The translations under genes and the position numbers were made by a program. Below the pieces are notes generated by a model that made no database searches, was not told the origin of the DNA, and was given only the letters and a program-made list of their open reading frames with translations. A stretch of DNA of 64,000 nucleotides. It comes from Bigelowiella natans CCMP2755 (lineage: Eukaryota; Protista; Cercozoa). Shown in pieces: positions 13,206 to 27,209 of the stretch. The stretch is from the NCBI GenBank assembly GCA_000320545.1, contig ADNK01001322.1, positions 25,070 through 89,069 of the forward strand. The letters are read 5' to 3'. How positions within the stretch are numbered: position 1 is the first letter of the stretch; the number at the start of each line of letters is the position of its first letter.

Positions 13206-15387
13206 GACTTCTACTGAGCAATCCCCAACCTACTACTAATAACTACTACTGCTATTACTACTACTATAACTACTACTCCTACTACTACTACTACTACTAC
13301 TAACTTCTCAGGAACACACAAATCCACCATGAATACACTACTTCACTACTCCTACCGCCATCTCTGCAATTTGTGCTGCCCAGCAGCCCCCAGTATTCAC
13401 AAGAGCACCTGCTCCAATCACAGTGCTGCTACTGCTACTACCACTGCTACCACTGCTGCTGCTGCTGCTAGTAGTCGATGTTGTTGGCTCCGTGCTGTCC
13501 ACGCGCACAGACGATATCTTATTGCCTTCTCCTCCTCGAGAAATCGTCGAAACAGTTCCTTGCATATATAAGGCCCCAAGAGCAATAGCGTGCTTTTTGA
13601 ACCACATCATCATGGAGTAAGGGTCAAACCAGCCTTCATTCTCATATCCCCAAGACCCCACAGCCAATCCGCGCGTATTCAGCCACGGAAACTGTCGTAT
13701 TGTATAATTGATGCCCAACATGAGGGAGAAGGGGGAGGAAGGAGAGAAGGATTAGGAGTATAAAATAAGAGTAGGGAGAGAAAGAGGAGACAAGACGAAC
13801 AGCAAGATAGATATAAAGCAAGCAAGGTGTGGTGGCTCAAAACACCTTCTGCCTCATTTCGTCAGTGGGGAGCATCTTCACCTAAATCAGTGCCGATGAC
13901 AATGAATAGTGAGGCATTAGTTGGATCAAATGAGGTTGTACTGCTGCACGAGTAGTCACACGTTAGCCACTCGCAATCGTCCGACCTCCCTCCCTCCCCA
14001 AATCTTGAATATTCAGCATGATAGTTTTCACTTTCTCTGTTCTGTTTTAGATGATTCTAGCAGCTAGAGCAGTAACAACCATAGCAACCATGATGTTGCT
14101 GTACTGTGCAATGGCTACAGATATTATTAAATTGAGAACTGATCACACCGCCATCACCGCTACTACTTAGTACCTACCTTGGCATTTTGCTGGCGTTGAA
14201 TAATGTGGTTGGCTTGTAACGCTGTTCTGGATTTCTCAGTTCCTAACACTAAGTATCCTGCACCGGCACACCATTAGGAAGCAAAGTTGACAACAAATGC
14301 GTGAGTTGATAATGAAGATCCAACTACACATATACTCACCATCAGTTATTCATTTACAAAGTGGCAGCAGATGATGGATGAATCATGGAGAAAGGGTTAG
14401 TTCAAGGCATTGGCTTTGTTGGAAGGATTACGAATACTGACCTCCCTCCTCAAAATGGATCGGTTCTGCAACGTCTGGATCAAATTCGTGCTGCGATTCC
14501 TGCAGCAATCAATAAATTAGTAGTGATACATCTGATACTTACTCTTACAAAATCAATATAGATCATTTGAACCATGTAATATGGATTAAATTCTAATAGT
14601 GAACAATATTACAGCTTTCAATGTAACATGGTGAATGATCCTCTTTTCTACTACGACGACGACGATGACAACGGACCAACCTTAAGGAATTTAGCGGTCA
14701 TCATAGACATGCGCGTGTTCTCCGAAATACTATTAACAAAGGATTTATAGTAATGTCAATCTAAGATTGCCTCTTCGATTACCCCCCATCCCAGTTATCA
14801 GAAGCAACTGGCTAGAGCGCATAACGAAATAGAAAGGAAAGGTTGCGGCACTCCTACATATCCCGAGAAATGGTCAACACGAGCACCCCACCAATCCAGG
14901 CTAGGTCTTCGAAATACCTAAATTGCTGCCTTATAGATCCAACAGAAAGCGGTGATGAGGCGATTTTATACCTACAAAACATCGTCATCATCATCATCAT
15001 TACCATCATCATTGTCTCCTCACATCGGTCAATGTGACAGTCAAAATTTGTAAGTTTGGATTTATGGCGGACAAGATTCGATGGTGTAGGCCATATGATA
15101 GTTAAAATTAAATATTAGGATCCATTTTAATCAGGATGCTTGTTTTATCACGTTGGGTCCTTCTCCACTACGCAGACTTTAAGAGTTGGATCCGCCTTGA
15201 GCAAATGGAAGGCAACACTCGAGCCCATGGCACCGCCCCCCGCAACAACCACATCGAAAGATTTTGAGGAGGATGCAGTCACTAGTGATCGCGATGCGAA
15301 GGCTGTTTTCCCAACCTTTGACAGCAATTTCGCAGTGGTGGTAATGGTTGTTTGGCCACGAAGGCTGAGGGGGATTCGGGCAGGCAT
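11516..15387 (-). CDS. FOXRED1: FAD-dependent oxidoreductase (FOXRED1/DAO family), probably mitochondrial
   Basis: Arg/Ser/Thr-rich presequence, then FDVVVAGGGAMGSSVAFHL (Rossmann motif), ENEGWFDPY, LVNTGGCWAAQIAEMA, GFYDFNKFDENAIIG, YFAAGFSGHGIQH, VGRAISELILDG. Many microsatellite-rich introns. Start approximate. Confidence 0.85.
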
Positions 15388-16041
15388 TGAAGCCGAGAGG
15401 TTCCGAGAGATACAATGCCCAACGCTCAATGGCGCTTTATGCACTGCGACATGCCATTTGAGACATTCTTCAGCTTAAGATGGCACCGCAACGTGTCGGT
15501 CTGTTTTGGGGGAAAAGGCACCGAAAATCATCCAGAGAGTAGGCAGTTGCCCAGCTCGAGCAGGCACACGGAGTGAGGAATTCAGTTTTTTTTCAGGAAT
15601 TTTCACAGGAATAATGCTAGTATGATGACAATTTGTCGCAGACCGAAAGTGGCTTGCATTTTCTTCTCATCGATGCTGTGTGAAAGTATGAAATACAGTG
15701 CAATTTGAAAATAATTGCTGGTAGCTTTTAAACATCACAGAAATTCTTTGGTCGCGAGACTCGATTCGGCTAAAACGGAATGGGTCAGGTATGTTACGAC
15801 ATTAACAAACGGACATTAGAATAGATAAGTGGCCTTTCCATCCAGAAGAAACGCTGCCGAATGTTTCCAAAAAAACAACTGCAAAGAAGAGGGCCGTTAG
15901 TTGCTCACCTTGCTCGATCGGCCGAACCAATTCGAAATTCTATCACCTTCTCTGGCTCGTGCCCTTGAATCCACAGGAAGCCAGTAGGCCCCTACGTCCT
16001 GGCCGAGCGCTGGGTATTGCTACGGCTAGAGAACATTGGAT

Positions 16042-16653
16042 ATGTCCAGCATGCCCCGCGCCCCGACAATTGGCGGGAGGAAAGACAGTTCGTTACCCAC
16101 TCTTGATCCCGCCCCTCTTAAGCTTGCCCGAAGCGTGAACAACACCCCGTCTCTCAAATTGCCAGAAGTCAAATCATTTAAAGTTTTTCAGCGGTCTTCG
16201 GCACAGCAACATCTCAAATCGAGACGGCTGGAACCTGATATTCCGAAAGACTACAACCTAAAAGACACTAGTGCTAGCCTGTCTCTGAATTCAGGGGTGG
16301 TAGATTCAAGCAGATCCAGTTTAGTAAATGAAAAGAAAGACAGTTCGGACTTCAAATCTAGGATAAGGAAAACTGGCAGCTCCTTAACTATCCTTTCATT
16401 CATGCGAAAGCGTACCTTCAATTACGCTTCTACGCATAAATCTATTGACAGGCATGCCCACCATCGACAGGCACATAACAAAAAGGCTCGCAGAAGTCTA
16501 ACCATGGCCAGCCCCCAGGCTTTACTTTCTTATCCTCCTGATGTGACTCCCACAGTAGATTTCTCCGCTCCAATCGACGCAAGTATTAAATCTAGTTCTC
16601 TCGATTTGTCCCGACGGTCCGAGGATATATCTCTCAGTGATATTAGTTTATAA
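16042..16653 (+). CDS. Hypothetical Ser/Lys-rich protein; may splice onward to about 16960
   Basis: About 200-codon ORF with coding-like composition in the expected plus-strand slot. No domain recognised. Confidence 0.45.
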   Translation: MSSMPRAPTIGGRKDSSLPTLDPAPLKLARSVNNTPSLKLPEVKSFKVFQRSSAQQHLKSRRLEPDIPKDYNLKDTSASLSLNSGVVDSSRSSLVNEKKDSSDFKSRIRKTGSSLTILSFMRKRTFNYASTHKSIDRHAHHRQAHNKKARRSLTMASPQALLSYPPDVTPTVDFSAPIDASIKSSSLDLSRRSEDISLSDISL

Positions 16654-18303
16654 GTGACAAAGTCAGACTTGCTTGCAGTATCTTAAAATCTACAACAATC
16701 ACCTGTTAATTAAGCGTCGCTATCTTTTTCAATAGCACTAATGCTGGTAGCAACAGCAGTAGTGGTAGCTATCACAGTAGGTGGAGCAAGATAAAAAGGA
16801 GCTCTCAGCCGCTAAGAAGTTATTAAGACTACTGTCGGCACAATGAAAACTAACTCCATGGAGTTGAGTCCCCCTCGAAAATGAATAAGCTTGATGATCA
16901 TGAAAATGATAAGAATGAGTCTTCGAAAATCGTCGATCCTATGCTGTATGGAGCATGTGCTAAGTAATTTTTTATTGATGCAGCCACAGTGCCTAAAGTG
17001 TTTTAGCTTGCATATACAAAAACTAAAATATGCGCTATGTGCGTATATGTTATCTTGACGCTACGATAGATGTGCGTTAGAATGGCTATTTCGTTCGCTC
17101 GCTAGCATAGCGATAGGTCTCTCGCATGTACTGCGCACTATACGTGCACCGCCGCCAGTATGACACAGCAGATGATACGACGAAATGAACTGTACGTTGC
17201 ACGCGCACGCTGCCGGAATGATGTCAGCCATATGGCATGTGGCTGACATTTTTGTGTGTCCAACTATACAACACATGCTCTATAATGCTCTACATGCACA
17301 CATTGTAGTGCTGTGTCAGCTTGTGTATGTCATCACCTGTACCATGCACAGCATGACGCACATACAGACAGACTCTGCGCTAGTCTGCACCACTTCTATG
17401 CGATCTAGATTTTGCGTACCGGCGCGCCTCCGCTGTAGCAGTTATTGTTAGGTTACACAGCAGTTGTACGTGGTCGTACGCTACATGCATGCATGACAGT
17501 ACATCCTGCACAGCTAGCTCTAGACATGTATGCCTATCTAGAGATGCATCTATGTGCTTTCTTGTGAACTAGCCATAGTGAATGCTAGAATGCATGCGCG
17601 CGCAGCTAGCTAGTAGCTAGCTGCTAGCACTAGAGCAGCTAGCACATGCAACGTACCATGTAGCACAGAAACAAATTTGCACAAATCATGCAGGCATACA
17701 CACCTGTGCAATAGCCGCAGCCCCGCATTGCTAGATTGCTCGATTACTTATTAGACACAGCATATGTACATGAGGGTGACTGAAGCCGCTGCATTGCATA
17801 GTATAATAGCCACGTACATGTTAATTAGGATGACAATTGAAGAAATAGGATGACAATTGAAGAAATTTAGACATTTCTTTACATCCGTCTTATCTAGTTA
17901 TGAGGGTGACTGGCCATTGGTATATTGGGAAAATTAATTTATTCATGCATCCGTCTCACTATATAGGGCTAGAGGGCCTTACTATAACTAGCTTGGCCGA
18001 GCAAAAATTCGATTTTACATTGCGATAGATATAGTTGTTTTGCGAACGCGCACCAGCAGCGAGATACGATCGATTGACTAAGCACTGCAATTTGTTCGCG
18101 CATGATTATTTCTATTGTGCGACTATATTGTGCGACTATACACACACTCTGTGACAAGGAAGCACACATAGTTCGTAGGGGAGTTGCGACGCTGATGAGT
18201 TGCGATACTAAATTTAAGTTTGTTATCATGCTAATGTTCCACGTACTCACATCGCATTGGGATCAGAGTTCATCATTACTTCGATAATTTGACGCTTTGG
18301 AGC

Positions 18304-19187
18304 TCAGGATTCTTCTGCCCATTTGTTCTCTGCGCGAACAGCTTCTTCCTCCTCTGAAAATTACTCTGTAAGGATATGACTTTTTATTCATGAATGAAAG
18401 CTGACCTGGTGTGAAATCATTTTGGATGTGGAATAACTTTCTGATTTGCTCCGGAGTTTTACCTGAGTACCGCATTAGGTGTGTTTAAAATAAAAATTAC
18501 ATTTTTTCGAGAACAATTTTCCGACCTTTGATCATACTAGCAACTTTAGCGCACGTCAATTCAAGTAGGGGTTTAATATCCATGTAATTTGCAGCCTGTG
18601 AAAATACAATAATTAGAATAGAGAAGGCGAGAAAACATTGAGAAGCTACCAGAATTAGCTCGAAGAGTACATCTTGGGGGACATCAACAAAGTGGGCATC
18701 CCACTCGGTGGTGACGTCGGACATATTTGCGGATTTCAGGGGTTTCTCAATTTCTTTTGGAGCAGTGTCTGTGTGGTATTGCATGTAAGCAATAACTTTG
18801 CGAAGAATAGATCCTTTGACATTTGGAAGGGGAATTTCTGTTGATTCCTTATCTGCAAGGTATCAGATTATTGTTGTTAGAGCATCGCAATCGCGGAATT
18901 AATGGTGAGAGATAGTGCCATATCCCACCCACTTTGAACATGCTGAGTTTTTAACAAATATGCGCAGAAATTTGTAGACATATTTCTTAAATCATCGTCG
19001 CACCTCCTTCTACGACAGTCTTCACTAAGGTGGACATAATGGCTGTCTTCTTCTGAACTGGATATCCCTTGCATCCTTTGTCCTGTGACTTGAGAATGAG
19101 TTTATCATCTTCAATCTCGTCATCAAGCCCAAGGGGTTCCTGTTTTGTATCCTTGTCTTCTTTCTTAAAGTGCTTAGAGTCTTCCAT
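18304..19187 (-). CDS. SKP1: SKP1 (SCF ubiquitin ligase adaptor)
   Basis: [94 protein letters not shown]. Short introns. Confidence 0.96.
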
Positions 19188-19382
19188 GGGTTGTGGTGGG
19201 CTGCGTAAAGATCAAGCGGGGTCCTCAACCTTTCACTAACTGCTTTCAGATTAATTCTCCACGCAAGGGCGAGAGGTTGACACACATTATACGAAAAAAG
19301 CCCATAATAATTGTCGTCTATATTTCGAAGACATAAAATCTAGACGAATTTTGGTACGACCGAAAGACTGCGCTGTTTATTA

Positions 19383-20944
19383 TTGCTGAACCTATGTGGG
19401 CATTTTCAACTCACAGATTGTGCCTGGCTTAATTTGAAGCCCTCATTAATGTTGGACGACAGAATCAAATGGAGAAGATCTGAAGAATATAGCCAATTTT
19501 TTCCAAAGTCAGCTGACAATTTTCTTCGTAAGAATCTGAAACTTCCAAAGCCTGCCAATACAAAGAGTTTTCTGGAAGGTATTTGAAAGATGATATATCA
19601 AAACTATAGTATGTACATAGATTACGACATCGAATGATATCGATTTATGTACATGTGTTGGTACCATTTCTGTGATGAATGACGACAATAGAATCTGATA
19701 ATTTTACATTGCGTCGAAGTTTACTTTTCGCTTCATTTTCCTGGGCTTGCAGGAGATTTTGGGTATTTAATGTGCCTTGGTGAGGGATTTCAAATAATTT
19801 GGCGCATTTTGAAGAAAGTTCCGAAACAGAGCGCATAATTTGCTCCTAGTCTTTCTCAGAGTCACCGAAAACCGCAACAAGGTAGGCAATCACATGGCAG
19901 CTTCGACACCGACAGAACATCTTATTTTCGATGCGGAATTTTAGTCCAACTAGCCAGTTCTTGAAACCTAGCCGGTTAAAAATGTGTTGACATTTTATCC
20001 TAAATAATAGTACGAATAACAAAATAAACCAACAACTACAAACAACTACCAACAACTACGACTACCGTTCGGTATACTCGTACCTCGGTTGGGACGGAAC
20101 CACGATGGCTGATGATTGCCAGAACGACGACGTATTTAACATCAGCATCAGCATTCCTTTCAAGAGATAGCGTGGTAACTCATGCATTTGTTTCCTACAT
20201 TTTCCAGAATGACAACGATACACCCAGGGCTGGTTAGCTTTGCACAATGCACAATGAAAACGATGTCGACAAGTAAACGCACGAATGCTTTCGTTTTCAA
20301 TGCACATTTAGTTGATATCTTCAAAGTCATCTCCAAAAATTGTCGTACCTGTACACGCATAGATCATTCCCAACCCGCATCGTCTTCAATGAAGGTCTCA
20401 GCTCTCGGCAAGGTGACAACTCGTAGCTTTGTGCTCATGTGCAATTTGAGGTCCAATTTGTGTTTTTTGATCATCCATTTGTTACCTCGACACGTAACTT
20501 TCAAAATGGGAGAAACGGGATAGATCCTCCTCATCCTCACCTTGCGGGAAAAAGTCAAGTGTTTTTCATGGAAACATCCGAAGCGCAGAATGCATGTGCG
20601 AAGACAAGGATGACATTGTGCAAGATTCGCATTTTGACATGAGGAGCATTCAACAGCAACTGCACTTCAAATTGATGCCCAAAGTTCAAGACAACGATGA
20701 CAAAAGAAAAGGCAATGTCTCGATAGATGGACAGTCTTGTTCGGCCAAACCAATGCAAAGTGCAGCCGAAGAGAGAAAAATGGACAGAAGTGATGAAGTG
20801 AAGGAAGTCGATGCCTTCAACTTTTTGGCCATGTTTCTTTCGGAGCGTTCATCAACAGCACATGAAGAAACTCCTGGAGTGTTGGAAGTCAGTGAAAGGT
20901 CGATGAAAATCATGGACAATTTGATTGGCGCATTTGGAACCTGA
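19383..20944 (+). pseudogene. Putative multi-exon gene or relic whose 3' exon lies inside TpA-depleted tract 1
   Basis: Coding-like ORF pieces (19383-19586 ending at a GT donor; 20594-20944 KRKGNVSIDG...GAFGT*) followed by a spacer-type sequence. The last ORF has no Tyr. Gene structure unresolved. Confidence 0.35.
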
Positions 20945-22065
20945 GACTGGCCACTTGTTCGTTTGTTCCATGTGCCACTGTCTGTCGGTGGTGAACACTG
21001 TGTCCACATTACGTTTTGTCCACCATGCAACTTGCGCAAGCTGCACACAGTGTGCACAGCTAGATGGCAGCGTGCATGGACTCGATGCTGAGCCATGTTG
21101 GCGCGTTGTCATTGCCAATGCACATGGTGCGTCACAGCCGCAGCACAGCAGCAGCAGTGCGTGACAGGACACAATGTCCACATGACAGGCCGCGCACACA
21201 TGCAACAAAGGTCACAGAGCTAGAGAGAGGCATTCATGTGCGACGCATGAGACGTGCGTGCTAGCGTGTGTGCCACGTGCATCTCTGGACCTGCTGGCCT
21301 GTCCCTGCTAGCCTGGCTGTCCAGCTAGCACAACTGTGCCATGTGTCCGCCCGGTGCACCTCTGGATCTCTGGATCACAATCTGGCAGCCCGGCATCGCA
21401 TCGCATGTGGCTGGGCGTGCGTGGCGCAGGGGCTGCCTGTGGCCTTGATTGGGCACTTGCTAGCTTGGCCGGCGGCGCACGCGCGATGGCACGTCTCTGG
21501 GTCCAGACGTGAGAGGCGAGGCCAGGGGTGTGGCACGTGTGGCACGGCTGCACAGCAGCATTTTGGTGTTGCGCCACGCCAGCACGCCTTTGCACAACAA
21601 CCTCGTGAGCCAGCAACAAGTGGCGAAGAAAAAGAAGCAAAAGTGGGTCACTCAACACAACACGCTGCACTTTTCTGGTTTTGTCCCTCGCAGCTTGCTG
21701 GCTTGTTCCGATCCGCCACTTCACCAAATTTTCAAATTCTTCAGAACGAATGAGGTTGCGAATGTGGTGCATCGTGTCTCTTTCCAGTCGTCCCGCTTTC
21801 ACTTGGAGCTCAGAGCACTGAAAAGGAAGCATGGAAGTGATTTCGTTGGAGCGCCAAAAAGCGGTCGAAGGGATCGTGAGACACAGTGACTCGTCTGTGT
21901 CCTCCCCCGAAAACAACTGGAGTACCAAGAAAAGTTGAGGATGATTGGACTGTGTTGACTCCCTGTGCAAGAGTCAACTTTCAAGATTCGTGTTCATTTG
22001 GCACAGCTGGCCTGCCGAGGTGTGTGTTGATGGTGTTGCGACATGGAAGGAGCAACGGTTTCAGG
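20525..22065. other. TpA-depleted tract 1
   Basis: About 9 TA in about 1540 nt by eye, 6 of them CTAG. Overlapping Tyr-poor ORFs in all frames. Confidence 0.9.
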
Positions 22066-22213
22066 TATCAGAATCCGAAGCAAACACTAAGATACCAAAA
22101 GATGTCTTGAGAAAGAGACATGCGACTAATCATAGATAGCATTTATTGGCATAAAAAGGACCATAATCTGACCCACATCTATCAAAATAATCTGAATTCC
22201 ATTTGGACAAGAA

Positions 22214-23416
22214 ATGACCGCTCGCCTTCTCTTCGTGGCGGTCACCGTCCTGGCCGTCTCCTGCGTAAGCCTGAAGGTCAAAGACGGGAGGACGCTGCTA
22301 GGTTGCACCGTTTGCAAGGGTGTAGCTGCTGGCCTGGACAAGTTTGCTGCAAATGAATCCAGGGTCTCTAATGTTTGTTACATCGCCATTTGGACCACCC
22401 TGTGTCTTACCTAGCCCTTTCTCGTATGTACGTACACAGGTGGAAGCTGTGATTGAGAAATGGCAACAAGGCTGCCATCATAAGTTTCCAGAGCACCCCA
22501 AGTTGTGCGACTCACTCGTGAAATCAACGGTGAACACACTGCCATGGATTCACAAGCAGCTCACAACCTTGGCCTGGGAAATCCCAGAGGTAATAATAGC
22601 ACTTCCTTATTCTGCCTCAACATGATTTATTCACTTACTTGGATAATGGTCGAAGGCTTTCTGCTCCGTTTTCATCCCAGCTTGCAGTATCGAGTGCTGC
22701 CAGACAGAATATGAACCAGAGCAACTGCGCCTCTCATTCACGGAGCAGGGCTTAGATACGATGAGAGTCTCTTGGTAGTACGCAAAACACAGAACTTTCT
22801 TGAAATAAGCGACAATTTTGAAATTGTACGTTTATATTTTGTTCGTCGTTTATCTAGGTCAACCCTGTTGGCTACCCCGACTTCAAGCGTAGAATGGTGG
22901 CCTGCTGCTGCTGGGCCCAAACCGCCATTAAAGGTCACAGCACGAGGATCTAACCACACCTATACGACCGGGGGCTGGAGAGGACAGGTACAGCGATCTC
23001 GTGCATATTTTAAAGAAACTTTCCGCTCATATGGGAAATGCTCTTAAAAAACATTCCGCTCAATTTGGATATGCGTTTATACGCAGATCCACACGGCGGT
23101 GATGACAAATCTGGCCTCTAATACGACGTATTCGTACCGTGTCGGCGATAACGTAACCGGATGGAGTGATGTACAGATGTTTCGCACTTTACCAAAAGAC
23201 GTGGGAAGAGGCAAAGAGAGACCCCTTCGAATCGCGCAGGTAGGAGACATGGGTTACGGGAACAAGTCGGACTCCACTATCAAAGAGCTCACACGCTTGG
23301 CGAGAAATGGCTTAATCGATGCGGTACTTATTCACTAATATTTCGGGAGTCTTGATTACAGTGAGACCGTATTTTCTTGATGAGCAAGCCAGGCGTTACT
23401 TCAAAATATGTCGGAA

Positions 23417-23460
<44 letters not shown>

Positions 23461-24554
23461 ACCACAACAATCACACCAAAATGAAGACCCACACTCACGC
23501 ATGATACACCACCCAGTCAATATCACTCACTGCTTGTTGCTCTCTTGTGTTGACTGCATGCTGCGTTAGGTTCTCCACAATGGTGATGTCGGGTATGCCG
23601 ACGGATATCAGAGGCACTGGGATGTGTTTTTGAGAAAAATCGAACCCATTTCTTCCCGAGTACCTTATCTCACTGCTCCAGGAAACCATGAGTTCTGGTA
23701 TGGCTGCTGCATACATACATACATACATACATACATACGTACGTACATACATGGCACTACCCAAGAAGATGATCACCTTTGCACTACATTGCATAAAAAC
23801 GTTGTGGTTGCTCATTCTCCTCCCTCTGTATTTGATTGTACTATCACCCATCATCATGGTAGCATTTGTTCTCCGCACAATATAATGATGTATGATGTGT
23901 GACGATAGGTTCAATTTTTCCGCCTACAAGTCTCGTTTCCAGATGCCGATGTACGAGCAGTACGACAGCATGCACTGGTCAGTGGATGTTGGGCCATTGC
24001 ATCTTGTGGTTCTTAACACCGAGTCTGTCCTCGACACCTCAAATCTTAAGCCCGAGCAGCTTCAATGGCTAGCAAGGGATCTTGCCGAGGCCACCAACGC
24101 ATCGAGACGCAAAGATGTTCCTTGGATTGTAACATCTGGCCATAGACCTTTCTACTGTTCTGACCACAACAAGGAGCAGTGCGGTTACTTTGCCGCATGG
24201 CTACGACTTCTTGGAGAGGCTTCCTTGACGTCACACCACGTCGATTTGGTCATCCAAGCTCATGAGCACAACATGCAAAGGTCATATCCGCTCAAATTCT
24301 CGAAAACAACATCGAAGTCCTACGTTAACCCCGATGCACCGGTATATATCGTCTCTGGAGCTGCCGGGAACCGCGAGCACAACTCCCATCCTGGTAACAA
24401 GACTTGGCTCGCCTGGTCAAGTTCCGAAATTGGATATTCCGTCGTTGAAGTTGTCGGGTCAAAGGACAAAGATATTACGAACTCTTTGGGCTTCTCTTTC
24501 TATCGATCATCGGATGGAAAAGTACTTGATCATTTTGAAATTGTGAAGACGTAG
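22214..24554 (+). CDS. Secreted purple acid phosphatase with an N-terminal saposin-B-like domain
   Basis: Signal peptide; CTVCKGV...C...LCDSLV...FCSVFIPAC; FN3-like PAP N-domain (YSYRVGD...WSDVQMFRT); metallophosphoesterase motifs GDMGY, GDVGYAD, GNHE, GHRPFY, AHEH. Confidence 0.9.
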
Positions 24555-25426
24555 TAGTTGTAGTAGTAGTTGTAGTAGTAGTGTGGTCAATGCGAGTCTT
24601 GTCATTTTATTCATCTACAGCCAATACTACATAGTCGCATTATTTTAAATTTCGGCTTCAAAGCTCAGCCGCATTATTGCACGCAATTGTATGCTGGTCC
24701 CTGCACCATAGCTAGTAGCATGATACATCCTCCATGCATGTGCTAGTACATGCTATCTGCTGTTGATTCAGATATGTATTGTTATGTGCTAGCTAGAGCT
24801 CGCTTCTTAGTGGCTACTACGCATCGTCACGCCGATATCACAGCATATTACCCATGGACATTAGCAGCAGCAGTACCATATACTGCTGAGATTAACTGTT
24901 TACAGTTTCACTTGTCGCTGCTATGGTTTATGTTCATAGAGCTATTGGAGGGGCGAAATCGACTGGAGGACGCAGACACTAAAGGCATGACTTGTGGACT
25001 AGACGAGCGCATAGCAGCTTAATCATTAGTTTTAGCGCAACATTGCTACTGACAATTCCCAATGGTGCTCTGGGAATTAAGCACTTCGGCCATGAGTTGC
25101 TAGCTAGCTAGACTTGTTACACCATTTGTCAACGTCGATCTAGCTCGATCGACGTCATCACGGCCTGCGACATGCCATGCTAGCACGGCGGCTGTCCAAT
25201 GGCGCATCATCTGAAGCTAATGCAGCTATGTAGCCGAAGCATTGCACAGTCACATGAACATGTGAATTGAAAAGATTCATTGCACCCGTCTCACGTAGTC
25301 GTGCATTGCACACATGCTGGGGAGCATGTGTGCAAACAGTCGACAACATGGCAGGGTCATGCATACTTCAATGATCTCTGCATATATATCACACAACATC
25401 TTGCCCGTGATCATATCATTTGAAAT

Positions 25427-25787
25427 CTAGTAATAATACGCTCCATTTTCCTCAGATTCGGGATCAATATCCTCCGCCCCATAGTCATCGACGACTCGCT
25501 CATAATTCACAGAACCAGATTCATCTTCTTTTACAAACGCACGTGGGAAAATGTTTGAAACTTTAAATATGTTCCTGCACCATAAGCAGAGGAATAATGT
25601 CACGACTAGACTCCCTAATATGGCTCCTACGAGCAAGAATATTTGCCCTTCCGAAAACGAGGATTTCTTGTTATTGCCAGGATCTCCGTCTGAATGGTTT
25701 GCCGAGGCAGAACTTAGTGCTGCAAATCCTACCCTGTGTTTATTGATTAATAGATTAATTTGTATTTGCAATTAGTATAGACATTAC

Positions 25788-25825
<38 letters not shown>

Positions 25826-27172
25826 ATATAATATATACATATATTGATACATAGGAACATGTATGTGAGTGTGTATGTACGGAAAAAACACACAATACTA
25901 CAGAAAATGAGATTGCAAAATTCGCTGCTTCTTCTGTAGTAGGAGTACCTCATTCTCTCTTTGTCGAAAAGAGTATAGTACTGCCGTAGGAATGTGTCTC
26001 CGAGGACAACTTCTTGGCTGCTATTGCTCAAGCCTATACCTGGTAATTATTATGATGATGGTGATGATGATGATGATGATGGTTGTGATGACGATCAATT
26101 TAAACGAAAAAAAGGAGCATTTGCATGCAATCTCTGATACGATTGTTGTAACTCATTATTTCCGTGATGATGTTATTGCAATGTTCTTACCAAGCTGAAA
26201 GTATGACGACTGAGCATTCTCCTCCTCATCATCTTGCAGCTCGAGGAATAATTTCTCCGCTGTAATAGTTAATGTGACCAGATCTCCCCGGTGATGATCG
26301 CCGAGAAAAATAGACAGAGAGGGGAGAGCGGTTAAGTTCGTGGAGTGCTGGCAAATAAAGGCTGATGAAGAATTGCCATCATCGGAGCCTATCTCGAAGT
26401 CGCATCCACCAGAAGCACTATCGTTCATCTAGTTTAACAATACACACACCACATATGCTCTACATCACTGACTCCATAGCTGCAAACACAATATAATATA
26501 TTAAATATATGATATATCACCACAGTGGCTGCTTGAAAATGACAAACATCAGCACCCATCATCACGGATTTGTCGCTCTATCTATAGTTCCAACATACAG
26601 ACTTAACTACATCGCAACATCGACATTCAAAATCTTCGTTTATATTGCCCAAAGTGCTAAAAGCTTTCATAGTCTCTGTGTTGCGACTTACATGCTGAAA
26701 CAACTTTATTCCCTGATCCATCGGCAAGATAATGAGTGAAGTCCCTGAATCCAGGAACGTTTTTGAGCAATTTCTCAAAATCTCCTGGTCTCCAAGCTTC
26801 ATTGACATCAAATGAACGCCCCAAAAGTTATACCTTTTTAAGATCAACGGGCATAAGAACCAATATGGCAAAAGGCAGTCCGATGAGGGGCCTTTCCAAG
26901 ACAGATTATAGTAGTACTACTAGGAGGAAGAGGAGGAGGAGGAGGAGGATGAATTGTACCCAAGAGAGTCGCCATATTTAGTCTCGGAAACGTCTACATA
27001 ACTGATTGGGCGGCTGCCAAGGATCTCTGAATCGTAGCTTTTGTTCCGAATATAGATAGATAGATAGACCGGCAGAATGCATCAGCATCAGCCAAATACA
27101 CTTCTTCTGCTGTCAAGATTGTACAGCAGAACGACAATACTACTGCTACTACTAATTATGATAGTAATAATA

Positions 27173-27209
<37 letters not shown>

